Origin: Methylophaga sp.
GTDB lineage: Bacteria; Pseudomonadota; Gammaproteobacteria; Nitrosococcales; Methylophagaceae
Length of the DNA: 56,759 nucleotides
Assembly (NCBI GenBank): GCA_041612215.1
Contig: JBFJJO010000001.1
Coordinates: 1-56,759 of the forward strand
Direction of reading: 5' to 3'
How positions within the stretch are numbered: position 1 is the stretch's first letter; each line of letters opens with the position of its first letter. Made by a program: the position numbers and the translations under genes. The notes under the pieces are model-generated. The model saw only the letters and a list, made by a program, of their open reading frames with translations, made no database searches and was not told the DNA's origin. Below, piece by piece: positions 1 to 9,067 of the stretch.

Positions 1-274
1 TATTGAGACTTTTTGTAGACTTCTCATTACATTTTCAAAGTTTGAGCATTTGAATCGCCACTAATACTTTAGACACTAATCAATGACACCTGATGAAAAT
101 TCTTAGAAGTACACACTGAATTAATTACTTTGCTTTATTCAGGTAGAAAAATCATGGACTTGGAAAAGATTCAGAACAGTAAATCGCAAACTTTAATAAA
201 ATCACAGCAGCCTGAGAATATTCAGCTAGTAGTTTTTCTTTGCCATATTTAAAAATTTTCTATGTCGCCCCCAC

Positions 275-1127
275 CGACCTTTCCTCTAAATTAGTAACAT
301 TTTCTTGATGATATTTGGTTACTTTATGCTGGCTGTTTTGCGTATTCAACTGGTGGCATGAAATGGATTGAGCTATGTGGATGAACATGATTGTAATGCT
401 TCCGCCATGAGTCAAGTTGATATTTGGCTTCATCAATAGTCCTAAACCAGTGCTGGTTGAGACATTCATTTCTGGATTTGCCATTAAGACTTTCTACAAA
501 CGCATTCTGTGTCTGCTTACCAGATTATATGAATCCTAAACTGATACCGCTTTCTTAACTTCAGAAAAAAACATCGCTTTGCTGGTGAATTCGGTGCCAT
601 TTTCACAGATGATTTTGACAGGTTTAGCCCGCTGCTCAGTCATTTGATCCAGAAACCTAGCGACTTGCCTGCCACTGACTGATATAGATAGGCCTTTCGA
701 CTAAATCCTACCAGCTTGCAGGCCACACGCTAACGGAGGTTGGACTGTTCATTAAGGTCTTGAACAATCGGCATTCTTACCGCTGGTGTTACCATTTTTT
801 GACAGCAACTCCTCCATGACTTCGATTTCTAACAGCTTTTCTGCCAGCAGCTTCTTCAGTTTATTGTTTTCGGATTCCAGCTCTATGAGATGTTTTGCCT
901 CGTTCACTTGGAGACCCGCGTATTTGCTCAGCCAGTTAAAAAAAATGCCAATGGATATGCCCATAACTCGGCAAATATCATCTACTTTAGTGCCAGCTAC
1001 ATATCACTTGATGGTTTTGATGATTTGTTCTTCGCTGTAGCGTTTTTTTTATTTTGAGATCTCCATCCCCCTATAGTTTATTGGAAATCTCATCAATGTC
1101 ATGATCTTAAACTTGGGAGAAAAAACA
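275..1127 (-). mobile_element. Degenerate, internally deleted IS3-family (IS407-like) insertion sequence
   Basis: Minus strand gives an OrfA-like KRYSEEQIIKTIK*...NWLSKYAGLQVNEAKHLIELESENNKLKKLLAE with an internal stop. OrfB fragments NGTEFTSKAM and QNAFVESLNGKSRNECLNQHWF...WRKHYNHVHPHSS match the integrase core but are broken by stops and frameshifts. Imperfect terminal inverted repeats lie near 275 and 1127. At about 850 bp it is shorter than an intact IS3. Confidence 0.85.
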
Positions 1128-1174
1128 AATTAAACTCGGCCCTAACAACGCTCAAATAACGATTTCTAGAAACT

Positions 1175-2764
1175 CTATACCCTAATTGACATTACGGTTA
1201 TGTCATCTTCAATTTTTTTATTTGTTATTGATAGCATAAAATCTGTGAAGGATTTAACATCAGGGCGAAAATCCATAGGAATAGCCAGCCATTGACTAAT
1301 AAGCATCAAGGGATTGGGATCATTTTCGGGATTTTTGTTTATGGCATCACTAAAGCCATCAGTGTAAGCAATTATTAAAGCATTTTCTTCCAAATGTATT
1401 TTAAAAGAAGGTTGCTCGAAAGCTTGTTGGCTTAGTGCGCCAAGTGGCAGAAATGTTGAATCTATAGCTGTAAGGCCATCTTTAAAATATACCTGGGGTG
1501 GCATTCCAGCATTCCAAACTTTTACATAGTTTAGTTTCTTATGGACAGCGACGAGTACGCATGTCATAAAACGACCGGTGGGTAACTGTTCATAAAGTGC
1601 AGAGTTAATGTTGGAAATAATGGCTTCACCCGATTTATTACGTTCACATGAAGCATTAAAAACATTGGAGACAATAGGTGTCCCGATTGATGCAATGATC
1701 CCATGGCCAGTAAAATCACCAAGTAGATAGAATTCATCCCCGTCAGCCGTTTTGTTTGAAAGGATGATATCGCCACTCGCCAAATCAAGAGGGGTCAGGT
1801 AATAATCTAACTGAGGTGATTTCTGGGGCGAACATTCCTTACGCAGGTGATCAAGAACTCTCTCAACTTCAAAACGTTCTGCGTTAAGATTGTCATTAGC
1901 TTTGGCCAAACTTTGTAGCGTGTCTTTTAATTTTAAAAGCTGTGAAGACCTAGCCTTGATTGTGAAAATGCTTTCCTTTTTGGAAATAAATTCATCTGCT
2001 TCAGATGCAAACGCATACTCTTCCACTAGGGTATTACGCATGTGTGAAACAATTACCACTGGGACATTAACCATTTTGGGCAACGTCTTAATTTTTTTGC
2101 ATAACTTATAACCTTCTAAGTTAAGCTCATTGAGATCTATAAAAACAATATCGACATCATTTTCTAGAAGAAAATCGCTAAAAGCGACCTCTTCATTAAA
2201 AAGACTATTTAATAAGTTTTTTGGGAAAACTTCATTTAACTTTTTGTGAAATTTTTCATCAGTAGAAAATAAACAAAACTTTCTATTACTTATTTGATTA
2301 TCAAAAAATCCCTCTTCATTTATTTTTACTTTAGTAAAATCCGTCTGACCATGCATGCTTGTCAATAACTGAAGTGATTGAAAATCGTCTTTATCTTGCT
2401 CTGGATCGGTGATGCTAAATAATAAATTTCTCGTCTCTATAAAACTTACAGAATCTAGAACTTTAAAGCTCATTGACCAATAAGAAAACAATCGGGTATC
2501 GCTGAAAGCGGTTTTAAGGGTTGTTAATTTTGTATGTCTATTATCTTGTGAAATAATGTCAAAACGATCTTTAACAGCCGACTCAGCCCCCTCAAGCACT
2601 TGCAGAAATGTGTCATTGCCGAATGCCAAAAACCCAGTGATGCCTAGTCGATAATTATTTTTCCGAGATGAAATAAGAATTTGTTCCAAGTCAGATCGCT
2701 GGAAAGATGGTGATATTTCACTTTCATATATAATTCGATATATCATGCAACAACAATTATTCAA
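1175..2764 (-). CDS. BLUF + receiver (REC) + SpoIIE/PP2C Ser phosphatase fusion (start may be ATG at 2746)
   Basis: N-terminal BLUF motifs: IIYES, SRKNN, GITGFL, FLQVLEG, DNRH, RLFSYWSM. Central REC: DIVFID, VPVVIVS, DEFISK. C-terminal PP2C: SGD, GDFTGHG, NAGMPP, YTDG, EDDIT. Confidence 0.9.
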   Translation of the reverse strand: MNNCCCMIYRIIYESEISPSFQRSDLEQILISSRKNNYRLGITGFLAFGNDTFLQVLEGAESAVKDRFDIISQDNRHTKLTTLKTAFSDTRLFSYWSMSFKVLDSVSFIETRNLLFSITDPEQDKDDFQSLQLLTSMHGQTDFTKVKINEEGFFDNQISNRKFCLFSTDEKFHKKLNEVFPKNLLNSLFNEEVAFSDFLLENDVDIVFIDLNELNLEGYKLCKKIKTLPKMVNVPVVIVSHMRNTLVEEYAFASEADEFISKKESIFTIKARSSQLLKLKDTLQSLAKANDNLNAERFEVERVLDHLRKECSPQKSPQLDYYLTPLDLASGDIILSNKTADGDEFYLLGDFTGHGIIASIGTPIVSNVFNASCERNKSGEAIISNINSALYEQLPTGRFMTCVLVAVHKKLNYVKVWNAGMPPQVYFKDGLTAIDSTFLPLGALSQQAFEQPSFKIHLEENALIIAYTDGFSDAINKNPENDPNPLMLISQWLAIPMDFRPDVKSFTDFMLSITNKKIEDDITVMSIRV

Positions 2765-3053
2765 GAATAGTGAATATTTTTTGAAAATTTGATACTTTTA
2801 GAATATTTAAGACCGTATCTGTTGGATTGCTAATTATCACTTTGGCTTTATCGTCACCAAGATATTCTCTCAAAATCAACAACATACCTAATGCGGCGCT
2901 ATCAACATAATCAGTCTCGGCCATGTTAACTATAATTGGTTTAGAGGCATCGAAAGATTCATAAGCAGTTCTGAACTCATTTTGGTTCGCATAAGTAAAG
3001 GTCTTACTTGTTTTAATAAAATTTTTACCACCCTCTGAAAAACTTTTTATCAT
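2757..3053 (-). CDS. STAS-domain anti-sigma factor antagonist (HsbA/RsbV-like)
   Basis: 98 aa with YVDSAALGMLL phosphorylatable Ser motif and C-terminal ILKVSNFQKIF. Confidence 0.9.
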   Translation of the reverse strand: MIKSFSEGGKNFIKTSKTFTYANQNEFRTAYESFDASKPIIVNMAETDYVDSAALGMLLILREYLGDDKAKVIISNPTDTVLNILKVSNFQKIFTILE

Positions 3054-3064
3054 AAATTCCTCTT

Positions 3065-4246
3065 TTAAAAAAATTCCACATCATTGGTATCAAGATCTTT
3101 TTGTTTAACACTTTGGTGCTCAGTTTCGGATATCTTTGGTTGAATCATTGACAAGCGAGCACTTGCATCACTTAACTGGTCATTAAAAGCTTCAAAAGTA
3201 GTATTGTCCATTTCCGATGTCGCTGAAGACCTCGATAGCTCGTTTACTTCTCTGACAATCTGCAATCTTTTTTGCAAATGCTCTAGCAACTGTCTGCACA
3301 TATCTTCAAACTGCAATGAAACCAAAGCATCACTAACACACAAACTTATGTGACTATTAATCTTATTACTCTTTTCTAATGCCTCATTGATCATTACATG
3401 TTCATCTCTCAAATAATGAGTCATCTCTGAAATTTTAGTTTTGCCATCCATAGCCCGGTTCATATCATTTGATGCAATCCGCTTAACGACTTCATTTACA
3501 TTGTCCAGCTTTTCTATCACTTGAGTACTAAGGGTGTTAATTTCATCACTGACTTTATCGGCTGCATCCGACAAGCTTCGAACTTCTTGCGCCACGACCG
3601 AAAAGCCCCTTCCCGCTTCACCGGCTCTTGCAGCCTCAATTGAAGCGTTAAGTGACAGCAAATTAATACTGGATGCAATGCCTTTAACATTATCAAGAAG
3701 CGAGAGTACCGAATTTACCCTATCAGTCATATCATCCAATTTCTGCATCAAATAAATACTGTCCTTACTATTACGGAGCACCATTTCAACAAAATATTCA
3801 AGAAGAGTTTCTGTTTCAGATACAAACTCTTCAAATGACATTTGATCATCGTTTTTTTCAAACAATTTGTGAAAAATTGCCTGTTGTTCTTCATTGACGG
3901 ATTGCATTCCTGTGAAACTGTTCGTCATCTTGACTACAGCGTCTGCAATAAGCGCAGCAACCTGCTCCTGCTCTTGCTCCATCAGTTGCATTTGTTCGTC
4001 GGTAATTTTATTAATCTGTTCTGCCATATCATCAAGTGCTTCTTCGGAAATAGCGTTTGAAGGTTCAATATTTTTTATTTCTTCCTTGCTTGATGGGGCA
4101 ACATTTATTGATGCCCTGGCTAGCCAATAACCCAGCACAAACGCAATCATTGAAACGACCATAGCGACCGTACTTATATAAAAATAAATAAGCGTCAGCA
4201 TGACCGTAAGCAAAGAAAATAAAAAAACTGTTTTAATCTTCGTCAT
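3065..4246 (-). CDS. Short methyl-accepting chemotaxis protein without periplasmic sensor domain (McpA-like)
   Basis: Hairpin tip [39 protein letters not shown] motif, two adjacent N-terminal hydrophobic helices, C-terminal DVEFF. Confidence 0.88.
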   Translation of the reverse strand: MTKIKTVFLFSLLTVMLTLIYFYISTVAMVVSMIAFVLGYWLARASINVAPSSKEEIKNIEPSNAISEEALDDMAEQINKITDEQMQLMEQEQEQVAALIADAVVKMTNSFTGMQSVNEEQQAIFHKLFEKNDDQMSFEEFVSETETLLEYFVEMVLRNSKDSIYLMQKLDDMTDRVNSVLSLLDNVKGIASSINLLSLNASIEAARAGEAGRGFSVVAQEVRSLSDAADKVSDEINTLSTQVIEKLDNVNEVVKRIASNDMNRAMDGKTKISEMTHYLRDEHVMINEALEKSNKINSHISLCVSDALVSLQFEDMCRQLLEHLQKRLQIVREVNELSRSSATSEMDNTTFEAFNDQLSDASARLSMIQPKISETEHQSVKQKDLDTNDVEFF

Positions 4247-4258
4247 AAGGAACTCGCT

Positions 4259-5170
4259 TTAATTTTTTTCGCTGTTCATAGAAACAGTGACAGAACGGCC
4301 ATTTTTTGAATATTGAAAATATTTCGAATATTGACTAACTAACATCAGTCCTCGGCCATGAAACTTTAAGCCGTGAGTCTTTTTAAGGCTAACATAATCA
4401 AATCCTAAGCCATTATGAGAAACCTCAATATTGAGTGCTTGTTTATTTTTTTTCTCGACCTTAATCACTAGCCCTCCACCTGTGGTCTTCGTTAACCTAT
4501 CTTCTCGCTGACGATAGTATTCTGCAAAACCTTCCGGAGTCGACTTTAAATCACTATCCAGTCCTAAAATACCGTGTTCCAGCGCATTCGAATATAGTTC
4601 TGGAATAATAATACTTATTGACTCTGTATTCTTTTGATTGAGGTGAAGCATGCACGTGATTGAACGCATTAATTCTTGGATATTAAGGTTTTTAAGATGT
4701 CTGCCAAATAAGGTCATCATTAAAGTTACTGAATATTCACGAGGAAAGACACTTTGCGTTCCGATGGAAATAATATTACTGAGCAAAGTGACAGTAACGG
4801 GCACATTAATTAATAACTTATTTTCATTGATGATAGGCAAGCACTCGCCCAAGTCATTAACGATAAAATAGTAGCAATCCTCATTACTCTCCTGCTCCAG
4901 AATTATTTCGTAAATTTCCCATGAAATCTTTGATGTAACAACCTCAAGCGGATTTATATCAATGTTAACTAGCGGGATGACACATTTAAGCCGACCTTGA
5001 AGTTTGCATCCCATGATAAATTCTAAGGCAGTCATAAACGCATCAGTCTCGTGCGATGTGTAATTTATTTGTTTGTTAATATCAAACTTACTACTTAGGC
5101 TGACAAGACTGTTTTTAAATTTCTCCAGTTGCTCTTGTTTTTTTTCTTCTATGAGCGAGGTTGTTTTCAT
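4259..5170 (-). CDS. Stand-alone GHKL/HATPase_c anti-sigma factor-type Ser kinase (like the HsbR C-terminal domain)
   Basis: N box ELYSNALEHGILGLDSDLK..EGFAEYY, G1-like SHNGLGFD, G2 HGRGLMLV. Confidence 0.8.
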   Translation of the reverse strand: MKTTSLIEEKKQEQLEKFKNSLVSLSSKFDINKQINYTSHETDAFMTALEFIMGCKLQGRLKCVIPLVNIDINPLEVVTSKISWEIYEIILEQESNEDCYYFIVNDLGECLPIINENKLLINVPVTVTLLSNIISIGTQSVFPREYSVTLMMTLFGRHLKNLNIQELMRSITCMLHLNQKNTESISIIIPELYSNALEHGILGLDSDLKSTPEGFAEYYRQREDRLTKTTGGGLVIKVEKKNKQALNIEVSHNGLGFDYVSLKKTHGLKFHGRGLMLVSQYSKYFQYSKNGRSVTVSMNSEKN

Positions 5171-5180
5171 TTTATTTCCA

Positions 5181-5753
5181 TTAAAAGCGGCCTTTCAGGG
5201 CATTGAAGTTATGGTCTTCACCTAATAAGGATGTAAATTTCACCCATACATCACCAGTTTGAGTATTAAAAATTATGGATCTGTAGCCAAATTCTCCGAC
5301 ATGCGCTAATTTTATTGTGGCGCCAGCGGTCGAAAGCAGATGCATTGCCGCAGCTGTATTACTATCACCCACTGGCATCCTATCATCCTGACCAATATGC
5401 CGATATTTCCGTCCTCGCCCCATATTACCGCCCCCAAAAATTTTAATATCGTATTCGGCAAGTTGGGTGGAACGTTGGTGGGCGTGCTGTTGAAACAATT
5501 TTATGCAATCTTCACCGTATCGAGGATTAAGTGTTGATGTGGTTTCACTTCCTGATTTTTTTGGCAAAACGAAGTGACACATCCCGCTAAGTTTCTTTTC
5601 AGGATGCCATAACGTAATAGTGATACAAGAACCTAATAACGTATGAATTAACAGTTTTTTAGAACCAAAATAAAAATCACCCGAATGCATGGTTCGTTTT
5701 AAACCAGACATTTGTTGGGTAAATATTGAGGGCTTAATGCGTGGCCCAGTCAT
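5181..5753 (-). CDS. cheD: Chemoreceptor glutamine deamidase CheD
   Basis: TLLGSCITITLWHP, GMCHFVLP, KIFGGGNM, VGDSN motifs. ATG at 5753 preferred to reduce overlap with parA. Confidence 0.9.
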   Translation of the reverse strand: MTGPRIKPSIFTQQMSGLKRTMHSGDFYFGSKKLLIHTLLGSCITITLWHPEKKLSGMCHFVLPKKSGSETTSTLNPRYGEDCIKLFQQHAHQRSTQLAEYDIKIFGGGNMGRGRKYRHIGQDDRMPVGDSNTAAAMHLLSTAGATIKLAHVGEFGYRSIIFNTQTGDVWVKFTSLLGEDHNFNALKGRF

Positions 5754-6381
5754 ATATCTTTTCCCAAGAGCCGATATCTTTTTCAACTCTTTTTATGGGC
5801 ATTTCTGAAATGCCGATGCCATATTGAGTACTTAGTGAGTAATTGATTGTGTCGCGCAACTCGCCTATTTTAGGGATTGCTATATGGTCATACCAATCAA
5901 TCACTAATCGATGACTATTCACAAATGGCTTAGCTCGGTTCACTACCAAACCCAACTTTGCTTTCTTTGAAAAGTCTTTATCTTGCTCTGCTAATCTGAA
6001 TACGTGGTGTATTAATGCATTAATATCTACATAGGAAGGATTGGCAGGAATAATTAGTTTGTCTACCCCCGCAATTAAAGCGACCACCTGTTTTTCGCTA
6101 ATTCCTGCTGGACAGTCAATAATCAAATAACTATCGTTATCGCAATGTTTATGCATATGTTCAGAATCAAGAAAGTCATCAACAGAATAACTTAAACAAC
6201 TTATCTTGTTCATTTTGTCCGGACGCTGGCGAATACAGTCCCGCAATGATGCCTGCTGATCCAAGTCAATCAAAGTTACATCCATGCCTCGCTTAAGCAA
6301 CATAGTAGCTAGGTTTAAGGCCAATGTCGTTTTGCCAACACCACCTTTTGGATTGCATATCGCAATTCTATAAATAGACAT
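5734..6381 (-). CDS. ParA/MinD-family ATPase (orphan)
   Basis: Deviant Walker A NPKGGVGKTT, IDLDQQ, IIDCPAG. No parB is adjacent. Confidence 0.88.
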   Translation of the reverse strand: MSIYRIAICNPKGGVGKTTLALNLATMLLKRGMDVTLIDLDQQASLRDCIRQRPDKMNKISCLSYSVDDFLDSEHMHKHCDNDSYLIIDCPAGISEKQVVALIAGVDKLIIPANPSYVDINALIHHVFRLAEQDKDFSKKAKLGLVVNRAKPFVNSHRLVIDWYDHIAIPKIGELRDTINYSLSTQYGIGISEMPIKRVEKDIGSWEKIYDWATH

Positions 6382-6579
6382 ATTGATAAGAACTGAGCAT
6401 AAAAATTTCCTTATTTAAATAATGCCAACGGCTTGGCAAAAAATAAATTTGTATACAGCATCAACCAAATTTTTTAACACCTGCAATTTACTATTTTTTG
6501 CCCTTGATGATTCAACATCACTACATGTACCGACAAATCAAGACTGACTCTCACTAATAAATTTGCGGGAATCAGGCAT

Positions 6580-7647
6580 TTAAGCCAGCCTCATCAATGC
6601 ACCAGCTATCTTATCGAGTGGTAACTGCTTATCAACACCGCCCCTTTCAACAGCCTCTCGAGGCATACCATAGACGACCGAGGTCGCTTCATCTTGAGCA
6701 ATGGTTCTAGCGCCAGTGTCGTGCAACTCTCTCATTCCATTGGCACCATCATCGCCCATGCCAGTCAAGATTACCGCTAAGGCATTTTTGCCTGCATAGC
6801 GAGCGGCTGAACGAAATAAAACATCCACTGAGGGGCGATGTCGAGAAACCAACGGACCATCTTTTATTTGCACAAAATAACGCGCCCCGCTTCGTTTCAA
6901 CAAAGTGTGCAGACCACCAGGTGCAATCAAAGCCTGCCCATTAATTACATTGTCACCGTCTTTGGCTTCTTTGACATGAATAGCACAGGTTGCATTTAGT
7001 CGGTTCGCAAAAGACTTGGTAAAACCTTCCGGCATATGCTGAACAACAACAATCCCAGGACAGTCAACCGGCATATTATGCAAAATTTCACTTACCGCTT
7101 CGGTGCCACCGGTAGAAGAGCCTACGACAATGACCTTATCGGTTGTTTCAGCCATGGCTTTGTTTCCGCCGCCCTTTGCCAGCATGGCATCGGCTGTCAA
7201 CTTCTGCCGAACAGGTTTTGATTGATACTTAGGCTTAGGTTTTACCTTAGACGCCGCCCGAATGGCATCGGTTATTAGGACTTGGGACTCGACCAGAAAT
7301 CGCTGTGTGCCAACGGCAGGCTTTTTAATGATTTCGACTGCGCCAGCCTCTAAGGCAGACATAATGGTGTCTGAGCCATCTGCGACCAGTGACGAGCAAA
7401 TAATGACGGGGATAGGATGCTGAGACATGATTTTTTTCAAAAAGGTAATGCCATCCATGCGCGGCATCTCAACATCCAGAATGATGACATCAGGGACTGT
7501 TTTTCTTAATTTTTCAGCGGCAATAAAAGGATCCTGGGCTACAGCAATGACTTCAATATCCTCAATTCCACTTAAGAGCTCAGATAATGTCTGCCGGACC
7601 AGCGAAGAGTCATCAACCAACATAACCTTAATTTTTGGCTTATCCAT
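6580..7647 (-). CDS. cheB: Chemotaxis response regulator protein-glutamate methylesterase
   Basis: REC domain ([15 protein letters not shown]) plus [28 protein letters not shown]. Confidence 0.97.
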   Translation of the reverse strand: MDKPKIKVMLVDDSSLVRQTLSELLSGIEDIEVIAVAQDPFIAAEKLRKTVPDVIILDVEMPRMDGITFLKKIMSQHPIPVIICSSLVADGSDTIMSALEAGAVEIIKKPAVGTQRFLVESQVLITDAIRAASKVKPKPKYQSKPVRQKLTADAMLAKGGGNKAMAETTDKVIVVGSSTGGTEAVSEILHNMPVDCPGIVVVQHMPEGFTKSFANRLNATCAIHVKEAKDGDNVINGQALIAPGGLHTLLKRSGARYFVQIKDGPLVSRHRPSVDVLFRSAARYAGKNALAVILTGMGDDGANGMRELHDTGARTIAQDEATSVVYGMPREAVERGGVDKQLPLDKIAGALMRLA

Positions 7648-8518
7648 AATGCTTCCTGTAGACAGTGGGTATCATCTGTTTAAAAGCATCCACTTCATCA
7701 CCAATACGCTCTGAGTGACCACTAAAAAAAATGCCTTCCTTAGCCATAACTTTTATAAACCGGTGAATCAGCTTTTCTCTATCAGGCTTAGAAAAGTAAA
7801 TCATGACATTACGGCAAAAAATGAGGTGAAAAGATTGCTTGAATCTAAAATCACCGGTGATTAAGTTATATTCCTCAAATGTGATAGGCCGCTTCAAGGT
7901 ATGCGACATTTTGACAAGGTTGTCTTTTTTGTTCGCACTGCGCAGGAAATATTTTTGCCGCAATACTCTCGGCACAGGGTTAATACGGTCATGGGCGTAA
8001 ATACCTCTTCTGGCCGTATCAAGTGAGCTTTGGGAAATATCCGTTGCTAATATCTCAAACCGAAAGTCTGGATGATTTGCTTTTACTTCATTCAAAACAA
8101 TTGAAATGGTGTATGGCTCCTCCCCCGACGAGCATCCAGCACTCCATACCCTGAGTGGCTCAGACCAGCCTATTTTTTTGCTCCTCACAAGCTCAGGGAT
8201 GTAAATGGATTCCAACCATTTAAAGTGCTCTAACTCTCTATAAAAATCCGTTTTATTTGTGGTTAGCGCATCTATCAGATTGACTTGTTCGAGTGTCCCA
8301 CCAGAGGCATCAAATACATAGTCCAGATAATCGCTAAGCGAAGCAAAACCCAAGCGACGCTGACATTTCCTAAGGCGCCCCTCAATAAGATAACGCTTGG
8401 CCTCGGGCAGTTGTATACCCGTATGCTCATTCATAAACTTAGTCACGCGCGCATGGTAATGGTCGCTCAGCCCACCTGCTTTGTTGTCGATGGTATATTC
8501 GTCATTGGCTGGAAGCAT
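7640..8518 (-). CDS. cheR: Chemotaxis protein methyltransferase
   Basis: [42 protein letters not shown]. Confidence 0.97.
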   Translation of the reverse strand: MLPANDEYTIDNKAGGLSDHYHARVTKFMNEHTGIQLPEAKRYLIEGRLRKCQRRLGFASLSDYLDYVFDASGGTLEQVNLIDALTTNKTDFYRELEHFKWLESIYIPELVRSKKIGWSEPLRVWSAGCSSGEEPYTISIVLNEVKANHPDFRFEILATDISQSSLDTARRGIYAHDRINPVPRVLRQKYFLRSANKKDNLVKMSHTLKRPITFEEYNLITGDFRFKQSFHLIFCRNVMIYFSKPDREKLIHRFIKVMAKEGIFFSGHSERIGDEVDAFKQMIPTVYRKHYG

Positions 8519-9065
8519 TGTTATTCATTTCATTTGCGTTAGGCATTTCTGCATCAACCAATTGCCCAACCAACTCTTCCAATTCATCTGTAGAAAAGAT
8601 TTTTTGCAAATCCAATATTATAAGAAATTCATCATTATGCTTGCCCATTCCCAAGATGTAGCGGGTATCTACACTAGAACCTATTTTGGGCGCTGGGCTG
8701 ATATCACGGTCGTTTAGGACAATCACCTCTCTAACAGCGTCTGCTAGCAGCCCCAACGAAGTTTGCTCATTATCAATCAGAACATCGACAATAACGATAC
8801 AGGTATCAACTGTAGGTGGCGAAACCTTCATCTCAAATTGTTGCCTCAAATCCACCACTGGCACAACGGTTCCTCTCAGGTTGATAACCCCCATCATATA
8901 TTGCGGCGTGCGAGGGACACGGGTAATATTTTCGAATTCCAGCACCTCTTGCACTTGACTGATGTCAGCACCGAAAACCTCACCATCAAGAGAGAATGTC
9001 AGCAGCTGAATTGCGTTACCTGCCTCAGTTGTTTCAATTTTTTCAGCATTTTTCATCAGCGACAT
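8502..9065 (-). CDS. cheW: Chemotaxis coupling protein
   Basis: ITRVPRTPQYMMGVINLRGTVVPVVDLR. Confidence 0.96.
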   Translation of the reverse strand: MSLMKNAEKIETTEAGNAIQLLTFSLDGEVFGADISQVQEVLEFENITRVPRTPQYMMGVINLRGTVVPVVDLRQQFEMKVSPPTVDTCIVIVDVLIDNEQTSLGLLADAVREVIVLNDRDISPAPKIGSSVDTRYILGMGKHNDEFLIILDLQKIFSTDELEELVGQLVDAEMPNANEMNNNASSQ

Positions 9066-9067
9066 TC

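Noticed and set aside
260-484. 74-aa minus-strand ORF
   Set aside because: It is an alternative frame over the IS3 OrfB remnant. The transposase motifs lie in another frame.
6425-6451. Possible internal sigma28 promoter (CAAA-N15-GCCGTTGG) before parA
   Set aside because: Too far from consensus at both boxes to call.
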